NCBI GenBank assembly: GCA_951406725.2
Contig: OX597821.1
Span: 118,110,001-118,174,000 of the forward strand
Direction of reading: 5' to 3'
Origin: Octopus vulgaris
Lineage: Eukaryota
DNA: 64,000 nucleotides
Part shown: one piece after another, positions 51,286 to 64,000 of the stretch
Numbering within the stretch: the first letter of the stretch is position 1
Layout of the letters: every line of letters starts with the position of its first letter
The notes under the pieces: generated by a model
The model's input: the letters and a program-made list of their open reading frames with translations, nothing else
Databases searched by the model: none
Told to the model about the DNA's origin: nothing
Program-made: the position numbers and the translations under genes

Positions 51286-51525
51286 CATCAAAGGAATTTT
51301 TGCTGATGGCCATTGATTCCAGCATCCACTCAATATCTTTGCACCCTAACCGAACACGTCAAAAGATTACAACTATTGCAGCCACCGATGAAGTTAGTAG
51401 TGTAGGATATGATGCTAAAAGCAATCAGATTTACTATGGTATAAACAATCCTGCAGCTATAGTCCGATATGATGGTGAAACAAAAACCAGTCAACAGTTT
51501 GTTATTGATCCAGAGAACAAACAAG
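51286..51525 (+). CDS. LRP2: LRP2-like exon K
   Basis: cag| ... |gtaaat. SKEFLLMAIDSSIHSISLHPN...VGYDAKSNQIYYG...DPENKQ. Phase 1 to 1. Confidence 0.9.
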
Positions 51526-52395
51526 GTAAATATATAATATGGTAAATATATAATGTGGGTGAATATACAATGTGAGTAACTATACAAAATGGTAAATATA
51601 TAATGTGGGTGAATATACAATGTGAGTAACTATACAAAATGGTAAATATATAATGTGGGTGAATATACAATGTGAGTAACTATACAAAATGGTAAATATA
51701 TAATGTGGGTGAATATATAATGTGGTCTGTGGCTGTAATATTATGGTAATAATAAAAACTAAAATATCAACAAAGGCGCAGGAGTGGCTGTGTGGTAAGT
51801 AGCTTGCTAACCAACCACATGGTTCCGGGTTCAGTCCCACTGCATGGCATCTTGGACAAGTGTCTTCTGCTATAGCCCCGGGCCAACCAATGCCTTGTGA
51901 GTGGATTTGGTAGACGGAAACTGAAAGAAGCCTGTCGTATATATGTATATATATGTATGTGTGTCTGTGTTTGTCCCCCTAGCATTGCTTGACAAGCAAT
52001 GCTGGTGTGTTTACGTCCCCATCACTTCGCGGTTCGGCAAAAGAGACTGATTGAATAAGTACTGGGTTAACAAAGAATAAGTCCCGGGGTCGATTTGCTC
52101 GACTGAAGGCAGTGCTCCAGCATGGCCGCAGTTAAATGACTGAAACAAGTAAAAAAGTAAAAGAGTAAAAGAGTAATATAATATCATTAACAATATAAAA
52201 TGGTAAATGTATAATGTGGATGAATTATATAATATGGGTGAATATACAATGTAAGTAAATATACAAAATAGTAAATATATAATGTGAGTAACTATATAAT
52301 GTTGGTGAATATACAGTATAATGTAGTAAATATACAATGTGAGTAATTATATAAAATGATAAATATATAATGTGGGTGAATATATAATGTGGTAA
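51526..52395. repeat. 50-bp minisatellite (three 16-17-bp subunits) starting at the exon K donor, split by a SINE
   Basis: GGTAAATATATAATGTGGGTGAATATACAATGTGAGTAACTATACAAAAT at 51541, 51591, 51641 and 51691 (partial); degenerate continuation at 52190-52395. Confidence 0.9.
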
Positions 52396-52905
52396 AAGAT
52401 AAGCAAAGAAAATGCTAAAAACTAAAATATGATAATACAAGAAATTTTGCAAGAGTGACACTGAATATGATAAAACACCTGTGCTGGTTCCATGTATAAA
52501 GCATTGGTGCTGGTGCCACATAAAATGCACTGGTGCTGGTGTGACATAAAATGCACCCTGTACACAATGTAAAGTGGTTGGCATTAAGAAAGGCCTCCAG
52601 AAACCGTACTAAAATGAGTAATTGGAACCTGGCTTGCTAGTGCTTGACAAACTGTCCAACCCATGCCAACATGGAAAGAGGACATCAAATGATGATGATG
52701 ATGATGTGTACTAAGAGGGTCATCATGATAATAATGAATATACAACAGACCTGAAGCAGACTTAGAGTGGTGAAGACGTGTCATTTGTGAGATCATGAAT
52801 GACGATGAAAGGATTTGAACAAACCTACCTGATTGAGTGAATCCCTATGCAATTAGTCAAACAATCGACTAGATAATTGGTTAATTAGCTAACCAAAGTA
52901 CTACA

Positions 52906-53015
<110 letters not shown>

Positions 53016-53608
53016 TGATGATGATGATGATAATGATAATGATAATAATAATGCCCTGATGCAGTACCCGGCAGTGGCTCTCATGGCTTCTGATCTTAAT
53101 TGATCATTGTTTTGTTTTGCTATAAAGGATGAGCAACAGCAAATATGCTGCTCAGTACCACAGATTTGCTTGTCAGTTGCTTGACTGCAACCAGTTGAGC
53201 ATGTCCCTTGGTGGCTGACGATATGTGCATCTCTAATCACGAGCAGAAGCAGTGGGGGAGCATCATAGCCATGTGTTGAGAGGGATTCTTTGGGGATTGG
53301 ATAATTCACCTTTGGAAACATGGATGTTTTGTTCAACAGCCTTAAACAAACCTTATTCAGAGACCTTTTGAGTGGGATGGGCTATTTGACCTGAAGAAAA
53401 TTCTAACTGGGCCCCACCTGCAAGTTCATGTGCTGTTAATCATGATATGAGATTACCATGCCATGCACATATGGTTGTGATGCATGTGCCTGCTGTACTC
53501 TTATCAGACAGGCAGTCATAATGGGTATACTGGGCTTCGTATATTTTACCCCAGTATCATTTTGGTGGCATGCACTGCTCTCTCACTAAATGAAACAACA
53601 ACAACAAC

Positions 53609-53653
<45 letters not shown>

Positions 53654-54473
53654 CTTTTCTACAATAGGCACAACGCCTGAAATTTTTTTAAATAAAAGTG
53701 AAACAGAACCAGTGTGTATATATGTGTATGTTTATTAACATAATGACCCTCCCAGGAATTAATAAAATGGTGTAAGTGAAATCATCAACAAAACCTGTTT
53801 GTAGAATAACTTGAGAAAATTGGTTAAAATGCTTAGAACGGTCTTCACCTGCACCACACATATGAGGATGCACTCCTATTGACATACCCTCATAGGCACC
53901 TAAAACATCTCTTTGTGACTATTTGCATCTACAGGTGTGTCTCATGCATATATACATTTATAAGCACAGGCATGGCTGGGTGGTCTAGTTGGCCACTTAA
54001 CCATGTGGTTTCAGGTTCAGTCCCACTGTGCAGCACATTGGCAAGTGTCTTCAGCTGTAACTCCAGGTTGACCAATAAATAGAGACTGTGTGGAAACGTG
54101 CGTGTGTGTGTGAGTGTGTGTGTGTGTATCTGTATTTGAATCTGTGTTCATCTCCAACTCCACTGCTTGACAACCTCTGTTGGTTTGTTCAAATCCCCAT
54201 AATATAGCAGTTCAGCAAAAGATACTGATAGAATAAGTTCCAGGCTTAGAAAAAATGTACCAAATGTACTAAAACTCTTCAAAGAAGTGCCCCAGCAAGG
54301 CCACATTCCAGTGGCTAAAACAAGTAAAACAATAAAAGACATGCACACAAATCCTTTGTGACACTGCAACTTAAACATTCATATAACATGTAGCATTGGT
54401 TGTAAGTGTATTTTAGCCTACATGTTTTTAATGTGGTTGTACATGATATAAACTCGTCTTCCATTTGATTCAG

Positions 54474-54633
54474 CTTTCATTGGCAAAATCGCTGTTGACT
54501 GGACCGGTCAAAAGATTTACTGGACAGATGCGTTATACAATAGGATTTCAGTGATGAGTTTTGACTCAACATACAAGGCTACTTTGCTGACCACACAGAA
54601 ACCCAGGAGCATTGTGCTTGACCCTTGTAAAGG
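54474..54633 (+). CDS. LRP2: LRP2-like exon L
   Basis: cag| ... |gtatgt. FIGKIAVDWTGQKIYWTDALYNRISVMSFDSTYKATLLTTQKPRSIVLDPCK. Phase 1 to 2. Confidence 0.93.
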
Positions 54634-56582
54634 GTATGTATCCTCTAACTCACCTCATCATTGCATTTCTATTTTTTTATATTTTTAATATCATTCTTTC
54701 AATTCAGGATTTTTTTCTTTTTTCTTTTCTTTTTTGCTGGAGTCTTGCATGAGTAATCGGTTTGCTACATGCAGCCTATGGTACCATACTATCCATTCTG
54801 TTCAGCCATCTAATATTTTCTTGTTGATTCTGTCCATGCCAAGAAGGCAAACATTTGGCCACAACTTTGCTGAACACTCGATACGCATTTCCTTTATTAT
54901 TACTATTATTATTATTGCTATTATAATTATTATTGAGTGAGAGAGCAGCACATGCCATCAAAGTGATGCTGGGATACAAATATAGGAAACCCATTATGTA
55001 AATCATGACTACCCATCCGTTAAAGGTACACCAGGCCCATGCATCACAAACATGGGTGCACAACATTGTGAGCTCATATCGAAATAACCAGCTCAGGACC
55101 TTCCAGGTGGGGCCCAGTTAGAATTCTCATCGGGTCAAATCACTGGTTCCTCATAAAAGGTCCCTGAATAAGGGTTGTTTAAGGATGATGAACGAAATAC
55201 TTATGTTTTCAGGGGTGAATTATTGAAACCCCCAAAGAATCCCTCTCAACACAAAGCTATGATGCTCCCCACTACTTCTGCTTGTGATCAGAGATGCACA
55301 TATTGTCAGCCACTGAGGGACACGCTCAACTAGTGAAGGTCAAGCAACTGACAAGTAAATTTGTGGTATTGCCTAGAATATTTGTTGTAGTCCATCTTTT
55401 ATACCAAAACAAAACATGTGCATGATAACACTTCCAATCAGTTAAGATCAGATGCCACGAGATCCACTGCCTGGTATTACAACAGGGGCAGCACATGGCT
55501 CAGTGCTTAGGGCATTACACTCACAATCTAACAATCAGGATTTCAACTCCTAGAACAAGTGGTACATTGTGTTCTTGAGCAAGCTGCTTCATTTCATATT
55601 GCTCTGAAATCAATTGACACCTGATCTATGGTACACCATGCACCTGTTCAGCCAACGTTGATTTGATGGAAAGAGGGAACTAATGCACAATATGAACATT
55701 TGATCTAGTTTCTGCTCATGAGCTGTGGCCATGTTGGGGCACTATAGACAAATCATTTGTGCAGGTCTTTCAGCAAATAGTTGAACACTCACATGTCACC
55801 TTTATTGGGAGCAGGGTCCATCATTATTATTAGTAATGGTATTAGAATTATTAAGGTGACAAGCTGCCAGTGCTCAGCCAGTTGTGCATTAATTTCACAA
55901 GCAGACTGTTCCATTGACCAGATCAACTGGAACATTATTCATGGTAACCGAGGGAGTGCCAGGCGGTCAATCGGTCATCCTACTCTAATATGATCTGCTT
56001 AACCGAACCTTATTTAGTACTTTTTATGTTTAAGAGATAAAGATTTATTCGTTTTTTGTCTGCCTTTGTTGGTTGACTTTCTCTTTGTGGACGAATTTGT
56101 TACTCACTGACCCAGTTCTGAATTCCCTGTGTTCTATCTGATCTGTAGACTGGACCCTGCCCCCCCCCCGCCATTGGTTATGACAACGAGGGTTCCATTT
56201 GATCCATTGAATGGAACAACCTGCTTGTGAAATTCATATGCAAGTGGCCGAGTACTCCACAGATACACATACCCCTGCCGTAGTTCTCAGGAAGATTCAG
56301 CATGATACCGAATGTGACAAGGCTGGCCCCTAATGAATTACAGGTACAACTCGTTTTTGCCAGCTGCATAGACTGGAACAATGTAAAGTAAAGTGTCTTG
56401 CTCAAGGACACACTGCACTGCTGAGAATTGAAGTCATAGCCTTATGATTGTGACCCAAATGCTCTAACCACTGAACCATGCTCCTTCACAATCTGTACAT
56501 TCACAACACCTGTATGAAACCAAATGAGCGACATTGTAAGATAAAAACTTTCCTGTATATATATATATATATATGTTTCTAG

Positions 56583-56747
56583 GTACATGTATTGGTCGAA
56601 TTCAGGTATTGGTCAATCACCAAGCATTGAAAAATCAACTATGGCTGGTAATCAAAGATCCGTGCTGGTCAGCTCTGACTTAGGTGACCCAGATGGCCTG
56701 GCCATTGACTACACCTATGAAAAGCTTTACTGGGCCGATACACTCAA
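56583..56747 (+). CDS. LRP2: LRP2-like exon M
   Basis: tag| ... |gtaagt. YMYWSNSGIGQSPSIEKSTMAGNQRSVLVSSDLGDPDGLAIDYTYEKLYWADTL. Phase 2 to 2. Confidence 0.93.
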
Positions 56748-56844
56748 GTAAGTTGCATAGATTTCGTTTGTCATGAGTGTCTTCATTGTTCCACCTGACA
56801 CACAATATTCGTTTTATGGGTATTCTTAAATAAAGTTTGTTTTT

Positions 56845-57230
56845 CTCTCCCACTCCTCTCCTTCCTCTTCTTCCTCGTCCTCCCCCTTACTCCTCCTCCT
56901 TCTTCCTCCCCCTCTTCCTCCCCCTCTTCCTCCCTCCTCTTCTTCCTCGTCCTCTTCCCCTTCCTCCTCCACCTCCTCCTCGTCGCCCTCCTCTTCTTCC
57001 TCGTCCTCTTCCCCTTCCTCCTCCACCTCCTCGTCCTCGTCCTCGTCCTCTTCCTCCTCCATCTCTTCTACCTCGTCCTCCTTCTCTTCCTTGTCCTCCT
57101 CCTTCTCTTCCTCATCCTCCTTCTCTTCCTCCTTCTCTCCCTCGTCCTCCTTCTCTTCCTCGTCCTCGTCCACCTCTTCCTCGTCCTTCTCCCCTGCTCC
57201 TCCTCATCATTATTGTCATCATCATCTCCA
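56845..57230. repeat. (TCC/TCG)n pyrimidine-rich low-complexity tract
   Basis: Direct reading. It accounts for the poly-E/D/P ORFs. Confidence 0.9.
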
Positions 57231-57739
57231 TCATTTAACATCCATTTTCCCATGCTTACACGGGATCAGCCAGAGTTTGTTGCTGCAGATTTTCTACAGC
57301 CGGATGCCCTCCCTGTCACTAACCTTCACCTATTTCCAAGCAAGATAATATTTCCCAATATGGTCGAACATGTTTTGTCACAGAAAGCTTGAAAAGAACA
57401 TCGTCATTTACAACCATCGGTGATATCAAAACAAAAGTACACACACACACACACTCACACGTACATACTATGAGCTTCTTTCAGTTTCCATTGACCAACT
57501 CCACTCACACTACAGCCCCAGGCTGGATCAACTGGAACACACATTGTCCCAACTGATAGAGTGGCAGCCTTCATTTATAAGCTATTATTTGTAGTTTTAT
57601 TTGCTTTAATTTACATCATTAAAAACGAAAAATTAATTAATGTTTTTTTGTTTTTACTTTTAGTGATAATGTTTCCTATATTTTATTTTATTTTCTCTGA
57701 GAGTATTTTATATATGTATGTATTTTCAATGTTCTTTAG

Positions 57740-57861
57740 AAATCAGATTGAAAGAATTTCTCTCGATGGACGTTACCGTGATGTGATTGTTACCACCACA
57801 TATGAACCAACGTCTATAACTGTCTTCGGTCTTCACATCTACTGGATAAGTTCATTTAGGA
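57740..57861 (+). CDS. LRP2: LRP2-like exon N
   Basis: tag| ... |gtatgt. NQIERISLDGRYRDVIVTTTYEPTSITVFGLHIYWISSFR. Phase 2 to 1. Confidence 0.92.
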
Positions 57862-58029
57862 GTATGTATTGCAAACTAACCCTTTTCATATATAAATAAT
57901 ATACACAGGTCTGTGAAATGGAACTCTGTGAAAATTGCTTTGATAATTCTATGTTACTTCATGTGTGTTTGTGGCACCAATTCATAACATCTAAAAGGCT
58001 CGTTTCCATCACCTAAAGTTTTCTCACAA

Positions 58030-58426
58030 TCTATATATATATAAAGCTGAAGTTGTCTGTGTATGGCAGGTGTGGTAGCCTTCAACTAACGCTATCTCAT
58101 TCCGAGACCCAGCGGTGCAAGTTGACCAAAATTGAAAGTATGATAGAAGGTTTGCTCTTCCTTCCGTAGTAGAAAAAAATTCAAATCGGACCATGTTAAC
58201 ACTAAAAATTATTTACATCAAACAGGTGATTTTTTTCTATGAAAATCCCTATTTTTTACGATATTTTGACTGCTGTGTTGCCAATTTTTGGTGTATTTCA
58301 ACCAGAAAAATGTTCATTTACAGAGAATAACAAGGTACATAATGCAAAATTTTTACTTTTCAAAAATTCCAATTCTAAAGGGTTGAAAAGAAAACAAGCC
58401 CTAGCAACGCTGGGCTACACTGCTAG
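58030..58426 (+). mobile_element. Non-autonomous Helitron
   Basis: 5' TCTATATAT..., subterminal GC hairpin GCCCTAGCAACGCTGGGC, 3' CTAG. Inserted between A and T with no TSD. Confidence 0.8.
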
Positions 58427-59073
58427 TTTAATAATAAAATATACCATAATTTGTAAGTACATCCTCATGTAGGACAAAATGAAACTAATAAAAATGAAAT
58501 TGATATTTTATTTGGTAAAATAAAATGGCACAAATGCAACTGAAAGGTGAAAAGTTTGAAAGGTGAGAAAATAGACTTTTTATAAGAGTTTCATTCATTT
58601 TGGGGGTCCATCACCTTGAAATCTTTTTTTCTCTTGGAATCTATGCCTGGAACTCTTTAACTTGTGAGCATTTGATGGAGATTCAAGATGCAACATCCAG
58701 CAATAGTCAGCCACTCTATTGGCTTCAAATTTTGGCACAAGGCCGGCAGTTTGGGGAGAAGAAGTAAGTTGATTGCATTGATCCTGGTGTTACAACTGGT
58801 ACTTATTTTATCGATCCCAAAAGGATGAACTGAAAAGTCAATCTCAGCAGAATTTGAACTCAGAATGTAAAGATGGACAAAATGCAGCCAAGCATTTTGT
58901 CTGGCATGCTAACAATTGAAAAAAAGCACATTATTTATTGGATGACTCAATATTTTTCTTTGTAACCTTATTTTCTTCCAAAGTTGAGAAAATCGCTTAA
59001 TATGTCTACTGCACTCACAGAAATAAGAGTAAAACATTTTCCCATTTGTTTTTTTTCCTTTTGCTAAATAAAG

Positions 59074-59184
59074 AGCTGGTGTATCGTGCTGAGAAACACA
59101 CTGGAGCCAATTCCATAAGAATGACAAAATTCCTCACGTCCTCTCCAGCAGATATTGTCGTTTTTTCTGCCGATTTACAAAGCT
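59074..59184 (+). CDS. LRP2: LRP2-like exon O
   Basis: aag| acceptor chosen by phase, |gtgagt donor. [36 protein letters not shown]. Phase 1 to 1. Confidence 0.87.
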
Positions 59185-59978
59185 GTGAGTTAATTATTAT
59201 TTTCATTTTCTCCTCTTTTATCAAATTTTAGGACCTAAAATATTTTTTTTTTATTTATGTGCCCTTTTCAAGCCTAGCCAGGCTCATGGACCTATTTTCT
59301 CGGATTCTGTGGTGTATGTGTTCCACTCAGGTGGACGGGACGCCAGTCCATCACAGTGTTACTCAAGAAACAGGAAGAATAATGAGAGAAAGTTGGGGCT
59401 GGCGAAAGAGTACAACAGGAGTCGCCAACACCCCCTGCTGGAGCCTCGTGGAGCTCTAGGTGTTGGGACTGAACTGAAAACCACATGGTTGCAAAGTAAG
59501 CCTCTTAACCACCCAGCTATGCTTCCACCTTGTACATTTGTTTATTGACTATTTTAGTGGTTAAGCAGTTCGGCTCATGATTGTAAGATCACAAGTTCAA
59601 TTCCCCGTGGTGCACTGTATCCTTGAGCAAGACACTTTATGCCATGTTGCTCCAGCTGGTGAAGAAGAGCTGTACCTGTAATTCAAAAGGGGCCAGCTTT
59701 GTCATAATTTGTGTCATGCTGAATCTCACCCAGCTGTAGAAACCATGGTGAAATAGACAATGGGGCCTAGTGCAGCTCTCCAGCCTTGCCAGCTCCTCTC
59801 AAACCGTCCAACCCATGCCAGCATGGAAAACAAACATTAAACAATTCAGATGATGATGGGCCACCATTAGAGACAATATTAGTCATAATGCTTCTGTCTT
59901 TTGTCTTAAACCACCATCATAAGTATTTCTATTTCGATATCTTTCTGAAGTTCCCTAAAGTTGACCTTTTCTTCTCAG

Positions 59979-60233
59979 GTAAGCGTGATCCTTGTCAAAA
60001 ATTCAATGGAGGTTGCAGCCAGGGATGTCACCCTGCACCCAATGGAGAAGCTGAATGCTCATGTAATGGGACTTCCCAAGTAGTGAGTAAATACAAAGCC
60101 TGTGTCCCCGAGAACCACAACTGTTCAGACACGGAATTCATTTGTTCAAATGGAAAGTGCATTTTCAAAAGTTGGGTGTGTGACGAGGACGATGACTGCA
60201 GGGATGGTTCGGATGAAAACAGCAACTTGTGTG
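59979..60233 (+). CDS. LRP2: LRP2-like exon P (EGF + first LDLa repeat)
   Basis: cag| ... |gtcagt. [28 protein letters not shown]...[37 protein letters not shown]. Phase 1 to 1. Confidence 0.94.
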
Positions 60234-61149
60234 GTCAGTATTTCATTATTTTATTTAGGGTCATTGTCGCCATCCTTTTTGTTATTTTATTGTTTTAGTC
60301 AATGGGCAGTGGCCATGCTGGGGCAACACCTTGAAGCGTTTTAGTCAATCATATAGACCCCCAGAAATCATTTCAAAATCTGATATCTATTTTGTCAATA
60401 TCTGTTTATCAAACTTCTAACATTGAGTACATTTACAAAGAAGAGCTTTTTATTGTTAATGTAAAAGCAGAGAGAGAGAGAGGCCTAGCACACACACACA
60501 AATACACACATGCATACAAACACATACATATGCACACATACATACACACATATACATAGGCACATAAACACAAACATATATTTACAAATATAATAAATGA
60601 AGATGGATGGACAACGACAGTGCAATTCACATTACAAACGATTTGACAACATGGTAAATTTTTTTTCCAGAGGTGTATTTCAAAAACTCATGATTTGTTT
60701 TATGTAATACACATATTACATATAAATTGCTATGCTATTGAAACATATGTAGCATGTACTGAACAGTCATCACCCATTCATCTTCACCATGTGACATGTG
60801 GAGATAGCATTGCTACAAAGAATGAAGTTACAAAATACTTGATATCATTAAATAATTGTGATTATGTTAATTAATTTTGCGACTGAATGATAGAATGGGA
60901 ATATTAATTCATTAATATCCCTATGGTGTACACTACAAGCCAATCACATACTGGAGGTTATCAAGCTAATAACTATAATTGGCAAGATCCAAATCAGTAG
61001 ATATATTTATAAATATATACAACGAACTTCTGTACATTTTCATCAACTAATTTCACACGCTAGATACTGGCCCGCCTGAGTAGGTAACAACTAAGGTACC
61101 CTGCATTTGGATTGAACCTAAAACTTTTTAACCACACAGCCATGTCTAA

Positions 61150-61510
61150 GCCTATTATTTTTTTTCTTACTTTCTTTCTGTTTTACTTCCTTTTTTCTTT
61201 TAACTTTTTATCATTCTTTCTTCTCTTTTTTCTCTTCTCTTTTTCTTCCCTTCACTTTCCAGTTTCCTCTTCTCTTTTCCTTTTTCTTCCTTTTACTTTC
61301 CTTTTTCCTTTTCTCTTTCCCTTTTTCTTCTCTTCGCTTATCTTTTCCTCTCTTCTCTTTCCCTTTTTTTTCTTTTTCCTTTTCCTTTTTTCTTTTGTTT
61401 CCTTTCATTCTTTCTTCTCTTTATATTCTCTTTTGTTCTTTTCTCTTTCTTATTTGCTATTTCTTTTTCCTTTTTTTTGTTTCTTAATTAAAATTCTTTT
61501 ACAACATTTT
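61150..61510. repeat. T/C-rich low-complexity tract
   Basis: Direct reading. Confidence 0.85.
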
Positions 61511-61559
61511 TTTCTGTTCATGAATTAATTGTTATAAAACCATGTCTTTCTGCCAAGTT

Positions 61560-61945
61560 AGAACCTTCATCTCATTTTTGAAATACATCTTCATTGTGTC
61601 TTCTCTATGAGCATTTTCTACAGTCATTGCTCTGATGAACTTTCTGGTTTAGACAAGACTTTTAAGCATATCACAGCTTCCTCTTCACAGATGTATTGTT
61701 ACTCTGTTGATCTTCCTATTAGTCATAAGTCACTTTATTCTAACAGCTTCTTTGCTCAAACTGCTACTCTCTGGAACTCACCACAATTATCTTATTTTCT
61801 TCTGGACTATGATATCCATTTTTTAAAGCTGTCTGTTAACCAACATCTTATGAATTAGTAGGCCACCTTTTATTTTTACCTCTTTGTAATCCCTTATACT
61901 ACAGTGGTGTCAAGCCTTATTTAGAATAAAATTGTTAAAAACAAA
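61560..61945 (+). mobile_element. Old CR1/Jockey-group LINE 3' fragment
   Basis: HCSDELS...YSNSFFAQTATLWNS...YDIHFLKLSVNQHL, followed by an A-rich tail. Confidence 0.55.
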
Positions 61946-62928
61946 TGAATGCATGGAATGGTAAGAATTAAATTGTTGATTTAAATATCCATTCTTATTG
62001 TGTTCTGGAAGATTTGGATGTGAATAAGCTTTCTTCCAATAGCATTTAACTTTAGAGAATGTCTCCTCCTAGACAATGTGTGTCTTAACAACACAAATGC
62101 TTCAGTGACATAGCAGACTCTAAGACACCTTTGTTTCAGCATGAATGTGTCTTCCCAGGCACATTTGGATGTGAATAAGCTTTCTACTGATAGGTTTTAA
62201 TTTTAGTAAACAACTTCTTTTAGACAACATGTGTTCACAACACAAATGTTTCAGTGACATAACAGACTCTGAGACACCTATGTCTCAGCAGGAATGTGTC
62301 TCCTCTGTCAGAAACACTGCCCAAAACTCTGAAACTAGACAAAACAATTGTCCCTATTTCTATAATTCAGCAAACAATATATTTTTTATGCATGTTGAGG
62401 TTTTCTAAACTGATATTAAAATGACACAAGCACACAAAACAGAGAGAATCAAAGTAAAGTCCTGGGATTCATAGGGGTGGTTATCCCATTTCCATGGTTT
62501 ACAAGTGACTGAGATCACAACATTTCCCCTGGATGGGACGCCAGTCTATCACAGCATTACTCATTTATAGCTGAGTGAACTGGACAAACATAAAATGAAG
62601 TATATTGCTCAAGAACCCAACATACTACCCAATCTAGGAATCGAAACTACAATCTTGCACTTGTGAATGCAACACTGTGACCACTAGGCTACATGTCTTC
62701 ACAATAATGTGTGTATTCATTCTTAATTGTTTCTTTTTTTTGTATAATGTATTTTATAACATGAATTAAATTAATTAAAAAAACAAACTTCTTTCATCAT
62801 TGCATTTATAACTTCACCAAGTTCAGAAATTTTTGCTTTATTAAATCCATTTACATGTCATATTATTCTCATTTTATGTCGTACGATTACCACTGGGAAC
62901 TAATATTTCTCATCCTCCTCTCCACCAG

Positions 62929-63045
62929 CGACCCACACTTGTGAGAAGACTCAGTACAGATGCAACAATGGACGCTGTATCAATCATCTGTTTCGTTGTG
63001 ATTTTGATGATGATTGTCGTGACAACTCAGATGAAATTGGTTGTG
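62929..63045 (+). CDS. LRP2: LRP2-like exon Q (LDLa repeat)
   Basis: cag| ... |gtaaga. [38 protein letters not shown]. Phase 1 to 1; the gene continues beyond the window. Confidence 0.94.
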
Positions 63046-64000
63046 GTAAGATTGACCTCTATCATTCATCATCATCCTCATCATCGTTGTCATCATTGTC
63101 AATATCATCATCATCATCAACAACAACCATCAATATCATCATTTCATATCCACTTTTTTTCCATGCTTGTCTGGATCAGATGGAATCTGTTGAAGCAGAT
63201 TTTCTACATCCTGGATGCCTTTCCTGTCACCAACACTCACCTGTTTCCAAGCAGAAGAACTTTAAGCCATTGCCAGGCATGTTTCCATGGAAGACCGAAA
63301 ATAAAGGATGTTGCTTGGATGATGATGATGTTTGTTTTACAGCAATTGTACGACATCAAGGCAAAGAAGCACAAGCATGCACACATACATGCACACACAT
63401 TTACACCCATGCATGTGCATACACACACATGCACACACGCATACATACCCATGCATGTGCATACACACGCACACATGCATACACACATTACCTTCATCGT
63501 CACCATTTAACTTCTGTATTTCATGCTAGTATGGATCGGGTGCTTTGACAGGATCCAACCCCTACAGGACCGTGTTGGGTCTAATGTCTCCTTTGGCAAG
63601 ACTTCCATAACTGAAAGCCATCCTTAACGTTAGCTTCTTTATAGGGGTACTGCACGTTTTTTTTATAGGGGTACTGCATGTTTTTTCCATGGCTCCAGCA
63701 CTAGTGAAATCACCAGATAATTTCATAGACAAGAACCCCTTGACAGAGAAGGATTACAGAACTGGGAGGGGTGGCTTTGAGCCAGATGATAAGAGGTTGA
63801 AATATAATAAAAGGACAGGAACAAGTGTCTTGCTGTCGAGCAAACACATGGCTTCCCAGTAGAAAAGGGAGAAAGGATCGTGAAAAAGCAGTATCAGGGT
63901 GTAAGCTTGAGGTGGATAGAGAGAGACTAGAGGAGGAGAATCGAGGATAGCTGGGTGGATAGTTAGGTCTATGAGAATGTGAAAGGAGAGTAACAGAGAG

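Noticed and set aside
56826-57348. Acidic, Pro-rich and Ser-rich ORFs
   Set aside because: They come from a low-complexity (TCC)n tract between exons M and N, which already join in phase.
61625-61660. Hammerhead at CTGATGA
   Set aside because: No matching GAAA or stems; it is the coding remnant (CSDEL) of an old LINE.

Overview
This window is eukaryotic, AT-rich and dense in microsatellites and retroposons; its repeat content suggests a coleoid cephalopod such as Octopus (inference). It is the internal part of one large + strand gene, an LRP2/megalin-like LDL-receptor family member. I traced 17 consecutive GT-AG exons by hand (10234-63045, 2639 nt, 879 full codons, all phases compatible, no stops). 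They encode the end of one YWTD propeller, an EGF, two further YWTD-propeller/EGF modules and the first two LDLa repeats of the next cluster. The introns hold RTE LINEs with a PHD-type zinc finger inside the RT region, a 2.5-kb fold-back Penelope-like (GIY-YIG) element, a decayed Penelope RT, CR1 and R4/Dong fragments, a mariner relic, hAT MITEs, a Helitron, many SINEs and several minisatellites. The most notable observations are: (1) hammerhead-ribozyme-like folds in Penelope-type and small fold-back elements sitting in (TA)n tracts; (2) the PHD finger inside the RTE RT; (3) minisatellites built from splice-signal-like motifs next to exons; (4) an AG|GTAAG recursive-splice-like acceptor; (5) long near-perfect intronic hairpins. 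There are no prokaryotic genes and no CRISPR array. Everything was read by eye, so repeat boundaries are approximate.
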